DNA of 64,000 nt from an uncultured Candidatus Saccharibacteria bacterium (GCA_964368835.1 CAYJCZ010000004.1:59385-123384), one strand, 5' to 3'; positions 26,557 to 36,789 are shown, counted from the stretch's first letter. Program-made: numbers and translations. Notes: generated by a model not told the origin, from the sequence alone.

Positions 26557-26939
26557 TGAGAAGCCACGGGCGGATCCTGACAATCATGAGGATATTTGTG
26601 AAGAAATTGATTTTCTCCGGTACATCCAGAAATGAATTGAGGGAGCTGCTTGTCCACAGAAGTAATGTATTCCGAAGCAACAACGTCGAGCGCGTGTGAA
26701 AGCGTAAGAAAGCTGTCTTTCGGAGGGACCATTTTCTGCGACCGAGGAGAGTCGACCTGAGTGATGATCTGTTGACGGACCAAGTCTGGTGGGGTTGAAA
26801 GAACAAGTACTGCCATTGAAAGAATAGCGCCAGAGGCCATTCTGCCTAGCAATCCTGAAAAACGAAGGTAATTCAAGGTATTTGGGGACTGCAGACGAGT
26901 TTAGTACGGGAAGCCAGGTTTGTAAAGCCTGTGGATTAC

Positions 26940-28202
26940 TTACGACACCTCTCCTAAGTACGGTACGCACAACTTTCTGTAATTACCGCGATTCATGTAG
27001 GGCTCTTCTTTGTCGTATCTTTCCTCTTTTTTAATAGCACTTGAGCTCGAAGCCAAATGAACAAGACTTCTACCGTATTTTCTATTGAGCTTATCCATCG
27101 TACCTAATATCTTTTCCTTTGAGCTTCCCTTTACACGAGCGCCAAACAGATCTTCTTGCCCCATATAATCAGGCATAAGACCGTGCAGCGTTACACCGGT
27201 CGCGCGATATGTGCGGTCTGATGAAAATACCGAGTCGAATATCTTTTGAACTTCTGCAACGATATCAAATGTACTATTGGTTGGAATATGAAATTTTACG
27301 GAATCACCTGCAAAGCTGAAATCTGTAGTTTTGAGATATATGGAAACTCCCTGAGCAGAGAGCTTCATCTCCCTCGCCTTCTTTGATGCGTTCTCTATAT
27401 TTTTTGAAAGCTCTGAAAACACATACGCCCTATCTTTTGAAGCTGGCGAAAAGGTCCGTGTCTTCATGATCGACTTTTGACTTTCACTTTGCTTGCTTAC
27501 TCCGTTAATAGAAATCGAATTAAGCTCATACCACATTTCAATCAATGGTTTTGAGAAATGCTCTTTTACCCATGACACTGGTTTATGAGCAAACTCTAGT
27601 GCAGTAGATACTCCAAGCTTTTGCAGAGCATACGTAGACGATGAACCAATACCCCATACGCTTGCGATAGGTGTGGTCGATAGCACCTCAGGCACCTCAA
27701 GAGGAGAAAGAATTGTAAGACCATTGGGCTTATTGCGCTTTGAGGCTGTCTTGGCGATAACTTTTGTAGGACCTAGTCCCAAAGAGACCGTGATACCTAA
27801 TTCACGCACTATATCTGATTTTATGCGCTCAAGAATAGGTCGAGGATCTTCTTTAAAAGCTTTATTATGTGAAAAATCTGCAAAGCATTCGTCGATAGAA
27901 TATTCCTCCACAATATCTGTATATCTTCTTACGATATCAAACATTCGCCTCGAAAAGACCGCATATGCTTCATAGTCTGATGAAACAACGATGACACTGG
28001 GAAATAGTTTACGTATCTGAAATATCGGCATGGTACGCGTAACACCCAGCTTTTTTGCTTCATACGACACAGCAGAAGCAATTCCTCGTTCAAAGCCTGT
28101 AACGATGGGACGATTTCGAAAAGCAGGATTCTTTGCCGCCTCCACCGATGCGAAAAAAGAATCTCCATCTAGATGCAAGATATATTTTCTTTCACTGTTC
28201 AT
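26940..28202 (-). CDS. Y-family DNA polymerase (UmuC/DinB-like)
   Basis: MNSERKYILHLDGDSFFASVEAAKNPAFRNRPIVTG matches the Y-family catalytic-core start with its conserved acidic residues (DGD, SIDE). It lies directly downstream of the umuD-like gene. Confidence 0.85.
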   Translation of the reverse strand: MNSERKYILHLDGDSFFASVEAAKNPAFRNRPIVTGFERGIASAVSYEAKKLGVTRTMPIFQIRKLFPSVIVVSSDYEAYAVFSRRMFDIVRRYTDIVEEYSIDECFADFSHNKAFKEDPRPILERIKSDIVRELGITVSLGLGPTKVIAKTASKRNKPNGLTILSPLEVPEVLSTTPIASVWGIGSSSTYALQKLGVSTALEFAHKPVSWVKEHFSKPLIEMWYELNSISINGVSKQSESQKSIMKTRTFSPASKDRAYVFSELSKNIENASKKAREMKLSAQGVSIYLKTTDFSFAGDSVKFHIPTNSTFDIVAEVQKIFDSVFSSDRTYRATGVTLHGLMPDYMGQEDLFGARVKGSSKEKILGTMDKLNRKYGRSLVHLASSSSAIKKEERYDKEEPYMNRGNYRKLCVPYLGEVS

Positions 28203-28203
28203 C

Positions 28204-28527
28204 TTAATATTTTCTTACGACCGCACTTACGACGGCCTCGACCTTTTCTCCGTTATGAAATGTGTGAGCGTATCCCATTTTAAACGCATCGTCTTGTACC
28301 ACAATCACAATATCTCCCGGACGAGACTCCTTTGAGCGATCCACGATGATGAGATCCCCAGAAAGTATTCCCGCATCCTTCATCGCGTCGCTTTTTGCAC
28401 GCAGCATAAAAGTCGCCTCCTTGTTTTCTATGAGGAAATCATCGAGCGATACATTATCGAGAGCTCCTTCTTCTTCCTGTGTTCTAAAAGCCATAACACA
28501 AGTATAGGTGAACTGAGGTTCACACAC
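28204..28527 (-). CDS. UmuD-like S24-fold protein with nucleophile Ser replaced by Ala (predicted non-cleaving)
   Basis: FMLRAKSDAMKDAGILSGDLIIVDRS aligns with UmuD [26 protein letters not shown], but the GDSM Ser is Ala (SDAM). The N-terminal arm is short and lacks a Cys-Gly or Ala-Gly cleavage site. Confidence 0.65.
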   Translation of the reverse strand: MCEPQFTYTCVMAFRTQEEEGALDNVSLDDFLIENKEATFMLRAKSDAMKDAGILSGDLIIVDRSKESRPGDIVIVVQDDAFKMGYAHTFHNGEKVEAVVSAVVRKY

Positions 28528-28538
28528 AATCGGAAAAA

Positions 28539-29186
28539 CTATGCTTCGTGAATTACGAGAGGCTTGTCGGCCATTTCTTTATCCTTTTGGAAGATTTGTT
28601 CTGCGATTCCGTAAATACCGTACGTAATGAAATATGCTGCAAAGACATCAATTGAGTAATGAAGATGACCCATAAGCGACACTCCCCCAAGAAGAACTGA
28701 AAGGATTATGAAAGAAATGCGCAATTTCTTGTTGTCCCAAAAAATAAGTGCAATCAAAAATGGAAGGCCTGTATGTCCTGAAAAGAATAGATCGGCACCA
28801 AAAATAAAATTGCTCGCGAAGCTCAGTGGATCAAGTGGGATCTGGGTAGGAAAAGGCGCAATATGCGTAAGGCTTATGAATATCGATCTAACAATTACAA
28901 AAAGGCTTATTGTCTTGAGTGTAAAAGGAATTCTATGTGGATGAGAAAGACCTACAAGGAATATACACGCCACGAACACAAAAGCACCCCAAACGAATAC
29001 ACCATCTACATCAAAAACTGGTATGTTATCGAGAATAATGTCTGTTACAGGGTTACTTGCTACTGCAGTTGCATAGGTACCTGCATAATAATTTATGACG
29101 AGACTCGCAAACAAGAATACCCACGCCAATATAAGTGAGCTTACATAAATCTTATTCCTTAGATAATGTCTGTAGTGTTTGATCAT
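28539..29186 (-). CDS. PAP2-superfamily integral membrane protein (PAP2_C-like)
   Basis: Five to six TM helices; FFSGHTGLPF (PSGH-like) and GHLHYSIDVFAAY (SRxxxxxHxxxD-like) motifs. Confidence 0.5.
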   Translation of the reverse strand: MIKHYRHYLRNKIYVSSLILAWVFLFASLVINYYAGTYATAVASNPVTDIILDNIPVFDVDGVFVWGAFVFVACIFLVGLSHPHRIPFTLKTISLFVIVRSIFISLTHIAPFPTQIPLDPLSFASNFIFGADLFFSGHTGLPFLIALIFWDNKKLRISFIILSVLLGGVSLMGHLHYSIDVFAAYFITYGIYGIAEQIFQKDKEMADKPLVIHEA

Positions 29187-29192
29187 ACACTC

Positions 29193-29933
29193 TTACTTAA
29201 TACGCAATTCAGCATCAGACATTTTTTTAGAATAAGGATGTCCTGAAAAAAGTACCCAGAAATAATTAATAAAATATTTCCAAAGCACATCTACAACACC
29301 CTGTTCTGAGAATCTTCGTGAAGAGCTCCGAGTAGTAAACTCAGACTTAAAAAGCAAATTTCCAACGGCACTTAGCCTTTTTGCTGTATCTGTATCATCG
29401 CCATAAAACTGAATTGATGTGTCGTAACCCCCAATCTCTTCTAGAGCTTTTGCACGTATCATTGCGTTTCCAAAAATAAACACCGCGCCGTAATGAAACA
29501 CCTTATGCACTACAAAATGGAGAGTTGTATACACGTATTTCTGCCAAAATGTTGTTATCGCTCTAAACAGTGAACCACTGTCATAGTAATCATAAGGACC
29601 ACTCACGGCGACAATTTTTTCGTCGTCAAAATAAGACACTCCCTTTTGTATCCAGTTTTTTTCTGGCACACAATCGGCATCAAGACATCCAATAATTTCA
29701 CCCGTTGCATACTTTCGTCCAGTCTCTCGAACATTTTGTACCCCTTTCCGATTTTCAGTCAAAAGAACCACCGTTGGAAACTCCTTAACTACCGACGCTG
29801 TCCTATCGGTGCTCGCATTATCAACCACAATGACCTCAAAGTTTGGATAATCCATAGCAAGAACTGCCTTTAAAGTTTCGCCGATGCGGGACTCTTCATT
29901 TTTTGCAGGAATTATAATAGAAACTTTTTTCAT
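29193..29933 (-). CDS. Family 2 glycosyltransferase
   Basis: VSIIIPAKNEESRIGETLKAVLAMDYPNFEVIVVDNASTDRT GT-A N-terminal signature, with DAD and CLDADC motifs. Confidence 0.8.
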   Translation of the reverse strand: MKKVSIIIPAKNEESRIGETLKAVLAMDYPNFEVIVVDNASTDRTASVVKEFPTVVLLTENRKGVQNVRETGRKYATGEIIGCLDADCVPEKNWIQKGVSYFDDEKIVAVSGPYDYYDSGSLFRAITTFWQKYVYTTLHFVVHKVFHYGAVFIFGNAMIRAKALEEIGGYDTSIQFYGDDTDTAKRLSAVGNLLFKSEFTTRSSSRRFSEQGVVDVLWKYFINYFWVLFSGHPYSKKMSDAELRIK

Positions 29934-29937
29934 CTTC

Positions 29938-30525
29938 TTAGGTTGAATTTGTTATCTTATTTCGTATATATTTTCCATATCCTATCACAAAAAATATAAT
30001 AACTACTATTGCTGCGGTGATCGTGAGTCTTTCAAAAAATGAATTAAATTCAGCATAAAGATTTCCGACCAGATAGCCGAACCAAAGCAACATTCCCGTC
30101 CAAACTATTTGCCCATAAAAGTTAAGGGCCATATATTTTTTAAATGGGATCTTTGATACACCGGCAGTAAATAAAACAGCCGGTGCGAAGCCTAGGCCAG
30201 TTGTTAGCTTTGATACTATCAGTATCCTCGTATGGTATTTACTAAACATTTTCTTTGCAGCCGCAATCCCCTCGTGAGTAATTGAAAAATACTTTCCAAA
30301 CCTGACGAGAAATTTTTCACCACGACTTCGACCAAGCCAATACCACGCAACATCTCCAATTAATTCTCCGGCCATTAATATAAGATACGTGTAAACAATC
30401 GTCAGATACCCTGATTTAATTAGTATTCCTGCCAAAAATGAAATAATCGGCCCCAATATTGCTGAAAGAGGCAGCAATACAAGATATTTGTAATCAATGA
30501 TGAGGTGGGCCGGCCATGAATCCAT
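29938..30525 (-). CDS. DedA/VTT-domain membrane protein
   Basis: GELIGDVAWYWLGRSRGEKFL...TRILIVSKLTTGLGFAPAVLFTAGVSKIPFKKY matches the DedA family core. Confidence 0.65.
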   Translation of the reverse strand: MDSWPAHLIIDYKYLVLLPLSAILGPIISFLAGILIKSGYLTIVYTYLILMAGELIGDVAWYWLGRSRGEKFLVRFGKYFSITHEGIAAAKKMFSKYHTRILIVSKLTTGLGFAPAVLFTAGVSKIPFKKYMALNFYGQIVWTGMLLWFGYLVGNLYAEFNSFFERLTITAAIVVIIFFVIGYGKYIRNKITNST

Positions 30526-30610
30526 CTGTTTATTATATCAAACTCTAGGCCTTATATTGCACACTCAGATAGAAAAAGAGACCAGCTTTCGCCGATCTCT
30601 TTTTTTGTTG

Positions 30611-30683
30611 TGGACCCTACAGGACTCGAACCTGCCACCCCCTCATTGCAAATGAGGTGCTCTACCAGATGAGCTAAGGGCCC
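30611..30683 (-). tRNA. tRNA-Ala (anticodon UGC)
   Basis: Minus strand GGGCCCTTAGCTCATCTGGTAGAGCACCTCATTTGCAATGAGGGGGTGGCAGGTTCGAGTCCTGTAGGGTCCA folds as a cloverleaf. The anticodon loop TTTGCAA gives anticodon TGC. A G3:U70 pair in the acceptor stem and A73 discriminator are present. CCA is not encoded. Confidence 0.9.
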
Positions 30684-30730
30684 GTATTAATGACGAAAAA
30701 TACTATAGCCTAAATAAGTCAAAAATTCAA

Positions 30731-31714
30731 CTACCGGGGCTCTCGCGCAAGAGTAAGCACATGATCAAGAAACTCTGGCAAGGAAGACCCTACCGCGTGA
30801 ATAGACTTGGGCAAGAGCGACTCCGGTGTCAGGCCGGGCAGAGTGTTGGTTTCAAGGAAAAAGACCCCGCGCTTTGGATGAACAATAAAATCAGATCTTG
30901 AATAGTGCCGGAGACCAAGCTCGCCATGAATCGCTTGTGCTGCTTCTTGGATAATCTTCTTTGTCTCTGCATCAAAGTTACCTGGACATATTTCCTGACT
31001 CTGACCTCCATATTTTGCATTGTAATCAAAAAATGGCGACTTTGTGTGAGGAATAATCTCAACCGGCAAGAGTGAGTAATGTCTCTCATTTCTGAAGTGA
31101 TCGAGAACCCCACAGGTCGCTTCCCTGCCCTGAATAAATTCCTCAACAATCACTGAGTCTGAATGCTTGAATGCATAGTCAAAAGCACTTTCCAGGTCAT
31201 CAAACTTATGCACGACCGTAACCCCCACAGAAGATCCGGCTGAAACAGGCTTTATGATTGAAGGATGAGGAATTTCACGAAAAATCTGATGAAAACCTTT
31301 TTCCGCCACTTCGTCTTTTGTGAAAATCTTATGGAAAGCAAACTTAATTTTGTCCTTAAGCTTAGCTAAAGCATTCTTTGTAAGATGTTTGTTCATTGCT
31401 ATGGCCGATGGGAACGAATGCGAACCCGTAAACGGAATACCGATGTGCTCAAGTATTCTCTGCACCTTTCCATCCTCACCATATTGCCCATGAAGAGCCA
31501 CAAACACCACATCGACATGCTTGAGTGCGTCTACGGGCTTTTTTGGCATACCGTTTAGGTGCCACACTCCGTCTTTTGAGATAAATATATCCACACCTTC
31601 GTATTTTGAAGGGAGATGTTTCAAAACACTTTCACCTGTTTTAAGTGATACATCGTATTCTGATGAAGGTCCGCCGCGGAGAACGGCAACTTTAATCTTG
31701 TGAACAAAAGCCAT
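30731..31714 (-). CDS. ddl: D-alanine--D-alanine ligase
   Basis: ATP-grasp ligase with VFVALHGQYGEDGKVQRILEHIGIPFTGS and C-terminal FFLETNTLPGLT motifs. Confidence 0.85.
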   Translation of the reverse strand: MAFVHKIKVAVLRGGPSSEYDVSLKTGESVLKHLPSKYEGVDIFISKDGVWHLNGMPKKPVDALKHVDVVFVALHGQYGEDGKVQRILEHIGIPFTGSHSFPSAIAMNKHLTKNALAKLKDKIKFAFHKIFTKDEVAEKGFHQIFREIPHPSIIKPVSAGSSVGVTVVHKFDDLESAFDYAFKHSDSVIVEEFIQGREATCGVLDHFRNERHYSLLPVEIIPHTKSPFFDYNAKYGGQSQEICPGNFDAETKKIIQEAAQAIHGELGLRHYSRSDFIVHPKRGVFFLETNTLPGLTPESLLPKSIHAVGSSLPEFLDHVLTLAREPR

Positions 31715-31772
31715 GTATTAAGTATAACCCAAACACAAGAAGAATGGTTCCACAGTATGCTAAAATTACAGT

Positions 31773-31970
31773 ATGAAATTCAAAGCAGAGCATTTCGATC
31801 TTTTGGGAGTCTTGTGCTTCCCTTTTATTTTTATTTACGCAGTATGGGCACTCAAAACAGGACAGCTTCCTCCTGATTGGATGACCAAGATGCTCGTCGT
31901 GATTGGCGTAGGTGGTTTTCTTATCGACGGTACTATTGTCTACCGATTCTTTTTTAAGAAACGAGGCTAG
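31773..31970 (+). CDS. Small two-helix membrane protein, hypothetical
   Basis: 65 aa plus-strand ORF filling the gap between ddl and uvrC; two hydrophobic helices. Confidence 0.35.
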   Translation: MKFKAEHFDLLGVLCFPFIFIYAVWALKTGQLPPDWMTKMLVVIGVGGFLIDGTIVYRFFFKKRG

Positions 31971-33226
31971 AATCTTTTGTTTCGCTTCTTGATGAGCGAG
32001 TTTATGCGACGCAGCTTTCGATGATAGGTAATCGCGAACCTGTGTGCTTCACTATTGGCAAGTAAAATTGCTTTTTTGTGCTTTTCTACCAGGTTTTGTG
32101 CGCCGAGGAGTCCCTTTGGCTTATGCCTTTCATCTTTGACGACAGACACGATCGCGATATCCTGATCACGCTCCTTGAGGACTTTTTCAGCAAGGTTTCT
32201 CTGCCCTTCGCCACCATCTATAACAATAAGATCTGGAAAACGCCACTCAGGATGATTGAGCCTGCGTTCAAGAATTTCTCGTAGGTTTGCGGTGTCATTA
32301 TTCCCAGTCTCTGGATCGAGCTTAAACTTTCGATACTCACCCTTTGCTAGTTCGTTATCGCAGACAACCGTCATTACCCCCACAGTTTCCTTGCCCGACA
32401 TATGAGCTACGTCATATGCCTCGATTCGAAACGCAGTGTCAGAGACAACCTCATCATCTGAAATCACATCTACATCTTCCTTGATAAGTGCAATGTCCTG
32501 AATGTGATCGAGGGCAAAAAGTTTTCGCTTTGACTGCTCTGCTTTTTCAAACTCCTGATTCTTTGCATACTCATTCATCTCACGCTCAAGCAAGCGACTC
32601 AATACTCCCTTCTTACCTTGAAAGAAAAGAATAATATGATCAATATTCTTTTGATATTCAATTCGGGCTTCTTCGGTTGCTGTGTCTGGTGAAAGTCCAA
32701 GCTGTCGATAAAACGTAGATGTGTACTTTGATGATGAGTGGTCATCAATAAAAGGAAACATTTTACGAATAATCTTGAGTGCTACTCGAAGTGCACTGCC
32801 ACTTGTAAACGGACCAAAGGTTTTCCGTACTTTTAATTCCTTTTTCTGCTTTTCAACCTCCAGTGTTCGTCCGCGAATTATAAGAATCCTTGGAAATTTT
32901 TCACGCGTGACTACAACATAGTTAAAACTCTTATCATCCTTTTCTTTTACGTTATAATCTGGCCAATGCTTTTTTATAAGATTAGCCTCAGCAATCATTG
33001 CTTCAAGCACTGAGTCGGTTTCCTTCCATTCAATACTGTCCGCTTTGTACACCATGTCCACCATTCGGGAACCGCGAGTATGAATCAAATCAATAGAAAA
33101 GTAGCTTCGTACGCGATCTCGAAGAGAGGTTGCTTTGCCGATATAGAGGATCTTTCCTGCTTGTTTCCAGAAATAAACCCCAGGAACATCAGGCATATTA
33201 AGCTTTTCGAATGATTCGATAGTCAC
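31967..33226 (-). CDS. uvrC: Excinuclease ABC subunit C, short form lacking C-terminal (HhH)2 domain
   Basis: GIY-YIG N-terminus (VPGVYFWKQAGKILYIGKATSLRDR), a UVR motif region, and the RNase H-like endonuclease domain (IEAYDVAHMSGKETVGV). 419 aa. Confidence 0.8.
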   Translation of the reverse strand: MTIESFEKLNMPDVPGVYFWKQAGKILYIGKATSLRDRVRSYFSIDLIHTRGSRMVDMVYKADSIEWKETDSVLEAMIAEANLIKKHWPDYNVKEKDDKSFNYVVVTREKFPRILIIRGRTLEVEKQKKELKVRKTFGPFTSGSALRVALKIIRKMFPFIDDHSSSKYTSTFYRQLGLSPDTATEEARIEYQKNIDHIILFFQGKKGVLSRLLEREMNEYAKNQEFEKAEQSKRKLFALDHIQDIALIKEDVDVISDDEVVSDTAFRIEAYDVAHMSGKETVGVMTVVCDNELAKGEYRKFKLDPETGNNDTANLREILERRLNHPEWRFPDLIVIDGGEGQRNLAEKVLKERDQDIAIVSVVKDERHKPKGLLGAQNLVEKHKKAILLANSEAHRFAITYHRKLRRINSLIKKRNKRF

Positions 33227-33308
33227 AGCGAGTATATTGACCTAGAAAGAAAGTGCTGTAAAGTAAGGTGGTAACCCCGAACTAACCGTTCGTTCTACTA
33301 AAACCAAA

Positions 33309-33647
33309 TCAAGTCACATGAACCACCCAGGTTATGTAGTCCTCGAGGATGGCACGCGTCGCAACTTCGTTGCTCAAAGTCCCAGGATGGCCCTTAAGGC
33401 CGCCATGGATCTCCTTGATCTTCGATCGCTCACCCGGAAAGCTCTGCGCAAAGCACGAGCTGTCGCCATCTACTTCTGGCGCAAGGCCTGTATGATCTTT
33501 CCGTTCCGACAGCATCGGTCGGAAGATACTCACGCTGATCGCATGACCAACCGCGAACGCCTTAGGGTTGTTCGCAAAGAAGGAATGGATATCGGCCGCA
33601 GACGGCATCACGTCTACCTGAAACCCAAATTTGCCTGTTAGTTGCAT
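33309..33647 (-). CDS. Hypothetical protein in a GC-rich island (mirror ORF 33318-33641 on plus strand is the alternative)
   Basis: About 55% GC island with overlapping ORFs on both strands. The minus ORF keeps the local strand bias and has a balanced composition. The plus ORF is Arg-rich, typical of a GC shadow, but is followed by a plus-orientation terminator. Confidence 0.3.
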   Translation of the reverse strand: MQLTGKFGFQVDVMPSAADIHSFFANNPKAFAVGHAISVSIFRPMLSERKDHTGLAPEVDGDSSCFAQSFPGERSKIKEIHGGLKGHPGTLSNEVATRAILEDYITWVVHVT

Positions 33648-33656
33648 GTTAACTAC

Positions 33657-33686
33657 GAGAGGCGCACTAGTGCGCCTCTTTTTTAT
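33657..33686. terminator. Palindromic hairpin with T-tract (plus orientation), overlapping uvrA stop
   Basis: agaggcgcac-tag-tgcgcctct 10 bp stem then tttttat. On the minus strand it sits between the uvrA stop and the ATG at 33647. Confidence 0.5.
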
Positions 33687-36286
33687 TTCTTAAGTAGCTT
33701 TTTTAGATACTTACCCGTGTGACTTTTTGCATTCATTGCCACATCTTCAGGTGTACCCTTTGCAACAATGTGTCCGCCACCTTCTCCTCCTTCTGGACCC
33801 ATATCAATAATGTAATCGGCGCATTTGATGAGATCAAGATTATGCTCGATTACGATGACCGTATTACCGTGATCAACAAGCTTCTGAATAATCTCAACAA
33901 GCTTTCGAACATCCTCATAATGAAGACCGACAGTAGGCTCATCCAATAGATACACCGTTCGGTGCGTATCAGGTCGATACAGTTCTGAAGAAATTTTTAC
34001 ACGCTGAGCCTCTCCACCAGATAGCGTCGTTGCAGACTGTCCTAACTCTAAGTATCCAAGCCCCACATCAGACAGAGTGCTGAGTCGGTCATGAATAGCA
34101 GGAATATCTTCAAAGAATTTAAGTCCTTCTTCAACAGTCATTTGGAGAACATCATAAACATTCTTACCCTTGTATGCGATCTCAAGAGTTTCCTTCATGA
34201 ATCGTTTACCCTGACAGACTTCACACGGTACATACACTGTCGGCAAGAAATGCATCTCAACTGCTATTTCACCGTTTCCTTGGCAAGCTTCGCATCGGCC
34301 TCCTTTAACATTGAAAGAGAATCTATTTGATTTCCATCCACGGGCTCGCGCCTCGACAGTCTCGGCAAATAAATCACGGACGAATGACCACGCACCTGTA
34401 TACGTCATAGGATTTGATCGCGGTGTTCTACCGATCGGAGACTGATCAATCAAAATTGTTCTAGAAATGTATTCAGTACCCGTAAATGACGTTGCATTGA
34501 AGGTGTCATTTGTTCGGTGTCGCTTTTCTAGACGCGCCTGAAGATTTTTATGGATAATCTCGTAGAGGAAAGAAGATTTACCAGATCCAGACACACCCGT
34601 GATCGCCACAAGTTTACCGAGCGGAATGTCTGCATTAAGATTTTTTATATTGAATATGTTTCCACCCTTGATCGAGAGCTTTCCTTTGTCCTGGTTTCGT
34701 CTTACTTCAGGCATCTCAATTCTAGTCTCACCTCGTAGGTATGAAAGCGTAAGTGAACCTGAGTCATTTTTCTTTGCGGTAAGAAGAGGTTCGAGATAAT
34801 CAGCGACTACGACATTGCCTCCATGCACACCTGCACCTGGACCAATATCGACTATATAATCTGCGGCAAAAATAGTGTCCTCGTCGTGTTCAACTACGAG
34901 AATAGTGTTGCCAAGGTCACGCAAGTTCAAAAGCGTCTTTATGAGGCGATCATTGTCCCGCTGATGAAGTCCTATTGTAGGCTCATCAAGCACGTATAAA
35001 GCCCCCACAAGGCCAGAACCGAGCTGGGATGCGAGTCTGATACGCTGAGCTTCACCACCTGAAAGCGTATGAGCCCTGCGGTTAAGGGTCAAATAATCAA
35101 TTCCCACATCAAGCATGAACTTGAGTCGTGATTCAATTTCTCTGAAAACAACCTTTGCAATATTTTTTTCTTTTTCTGAGAGCTCTACATCTGCAAAATA
35201 TTCGAATGCTCCGGCAATAGACATATTGACGACATCGACGATTGACTTGCCTCCAATGAGAACATGAAGCGCCTCTTCTCGTAGTCGTGCACCTTTACAG
35301 GTCTCACACGGCTCATCTCCGAAAATGTATTTTGTACCCAAGCCATTACATGCAGAACACGCACCATACGGTGAGTTGAAAGAGAAAAGTCGTGGCTCTA
35401 CTTCAGGATAAGCATATCCGTCATATGGGCACATAAACTTTACAGACATGAGCTTCTCTTCCTTTGGATTTTCGATCTTCAAAAGCCCACCAGATTCATG
35501 AATAGCGCGTTCTACTGCCTCAGAAAGTCTTTCTCGAATGCCCTTTGGATCATTCTTAAACTCACTTATATAAAATTCATCAACAAGAATATCAATGTCG
35601 TGCTTCTTATTTTTTTCGAGGTCTACTCGCTCACGAAGCTTTTTCATTTGCCCATCGATTTTTGCAGTCTCGTACCCTTTACCTAGATAATCGTAAAGCA
35701 TCTGATAGTACTCACCCTTTCTACCCACAACAACAGGAGCAAAGATCTTTATCTTGGCTTTATCGATAGCTACACCCATTATTTTTGTGCCATGGTCCTC
35801 AGTTTTGATCTGATTCACACCATGAATGATGGTCTCAAGAATTTCTTCATTCGAAAGACGTTTGATCTCGCGATTACAGATCAAGCAATGAGGATGACCT
35901 ACTCGCGCAAAAAGAACACGAAGATAGTCATAAATTTCGGTGATAGTCGCAACAGTTGATCGAGGATTGTTTGAACGTGATTTCTGATCAATTGAAATTG
36001 CAGGCGAAAGCCCGATAATTTCATCAACATCTGGCTTTTGCATCTGACGAAGGAATTGTCTCGCGTATGAAGAAAGCGACTCAACGTATCGCCTCTGACC
36101 TTCAGCAAAAATGGTATCGAATGCCAAAGACGACTTTCCTGATCCAGAAAGCCCAGTAAATACCACCATCTTGTTTCGTGGCATTTCAACAGTAACGTTC
36201 TTGAGGTTATGGGTACGCGCCCCCTTAACAACAAGCGTTTCAGCGCCCGGATTAAAATCGGCTTTAGAAGTGGTTTTTTTGGTCAT
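33683..36286 (-). CDS. uvrA: Excinuclease ABC subunit A
   Basis: Two ABC ATPase modules ([28 protein letters not shown]; [11 protein letters not shown]) and zinc-finger Cys clusters; 867 aa. Confidence 0.9.
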   Translation of the reverse strand: MTKKTTSKADFNPGAETLVVKGARTHNLKNVTVEMPRNKMVVFTGLSGSGKSSLAFDTIFAEGQRRYVESLSSYARQFLRQMQKPDVDEIIGLSPAISIDQKSRSNNPRSTVATITEIYDYLRVLFARVGHPHCLICNREIKRLSNEEILETIIHGVNQIKTEDHGTKIMGVAIDKAKIKIFAPVVVGRKGEYYQMLYDYLGKGYETAKIDGQMKKLRERVDLEKNKKHDIDILVDEFYISEFKNDPKGIRERLSEAVERAIHESGGLLKIENPKEEKLMSVKFMCPYDGYAYPEVEPRLFSFNSPYGACSACNGLGTKYIFGDEPCETCKGARLREEALHVLIGGKSIVDVVNMSIAGAFEYFADVELSEKEKNIAKVVFREIESRLKFMLDVGIDYLTLNRRAHTLSGGEAQRIRLASQLGSGLVGALYVLDEPTIGLHQRDNDRLIKTLLNLRDLGNTILVVEHDEDTIFAADYIVDIGPGAGVHGGNVVVADYLEPLLTAKKNDSGSLTLSYLRGETRIEMPEVRRNQDKGKLSIKGGNIFNIKNLNADIPLGKLVAITGVSGSGKSSFLYEIIHKNLQARLEKRHRTNDTFNATSFTGTEYISRTILIDQSPIGRTPRSNPMTYTGAWSFVRDLFAETVEARARGWKSNRFSFNVKGGRCEACQGNGEIAVEMHFLPTVYVPCEVCQGKRFMKETLEIAYKGKNVYDVLQMTVEEGLKFFEDIPAIHDRLSTLSDVGLGYLELGQSATTLSGGEAQRVKISSELYRPDTHRTVYLLDEPTVGLHYEDVRKLVEIIQKLVDHGNTVIVIEHNLDLIKCADYIIDMGPEGGEGGGHIVAKGTPEDVAMNAKSHTGKYLKKLLKK

Positions 36287-36379
36287 ATATACGCGTGAGC
36301 GCCCCCAGGTTGGTCCTAGGGGTTAACACCAAAACAGCATACCATAAAGGCAGCAAAACTGAAGCTTTTTGAGGTAAAT

Positions 36380-36775
36380 TTACTTTGCTGCCTGAGCGAG
36401 ATTCTCAATCTCAGGAATGATGCCGTCGAGGCCAATAGTAGCCTTAACCACAAACTTCGTTGCCCCTAGATCATGAGCCTTTTCAATTTCTTCCTTCTGT
36501 CCAAGATTTGAAAGCACAAGAACTGGAATAGCCTTAGTTTCTGGATCTCCCTTTATCTTTCTCAAGATCTCAAAGCCATCAACATTCGGCATGAGGAGGT
36601 CGAGCACAACTACATTCGGCTTAACTTCTTTTACTTTCTCGTATGCAACCGCGCCGTCTGTGACCTGAATAAGCTGAGCACTTGTTCCTTCCATTCGTTT
36701 CTGAATAAGCGATACAAGAAATTTATCATCTTCGACCCACACAATTTTAATGCCGTTTAAGTTGTTTTCATTCAT
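36380..36775 (-). CDS. Stand-alone response-regulator receiver (CheY-like) domain protein
   Basis: VEDDKFL...VVVLDLLMPNVDGFEIL...VLVLSNLGQ gives the REC domain with conserved Asp/Lys positions. Confidence 0.75.
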   Translation of the reverse strand: MNENNLNGIKIVWVEDDKFLVSLIQKRMEGTSAQLIQVTDGAVAYEKVKEVKPNVVVLDLLMPNVDGFEILRKIKGDPETKAIPVLVLSNLGQKEEIEKAHDLGATKFVVKATIGLDGIIPEIENLAQAAK

Positions 36776-36789
36776 ACAGATATTATAGC

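Noticed and set aside
26499-26876. 125-aa minus ORF with signal-peptide-like N-terminus
   Set aside because: Its 3' end runs through the intrinsic terminator at 26531-26556, and the composition is poor; more likely noncoding.
26557-26939. tmRNA, RNase P RNA or SRP RNA in the GC-richer gap
   Set aside because: No tag-peptide ORF ending ALAA, no GGTTCGANTCC T-loop, no GGAAAGTCCGG / ACAGAANCCGGCTTA P4 blocks, and no SRP domain IV consensus on either strand.
30611-30683. tRNA initially read as tRNA-Cys (GCA)
   Set aside because: Correct placement of the 7-nt anticodon loop (TTTGCAA) gives anticodon TGC. The G3:U70 pair and A73 confirm tRNA-Ala.
33318-33641. 107-aa plus-strand ORF mirroring 33309-33647
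   Set aside because: Arg-rich (about 18%), typical of the reverse frame of GC-rich coding DNA, and it breaks the strand bias. Not fully excluded because a plus-orientation terminator follows it.
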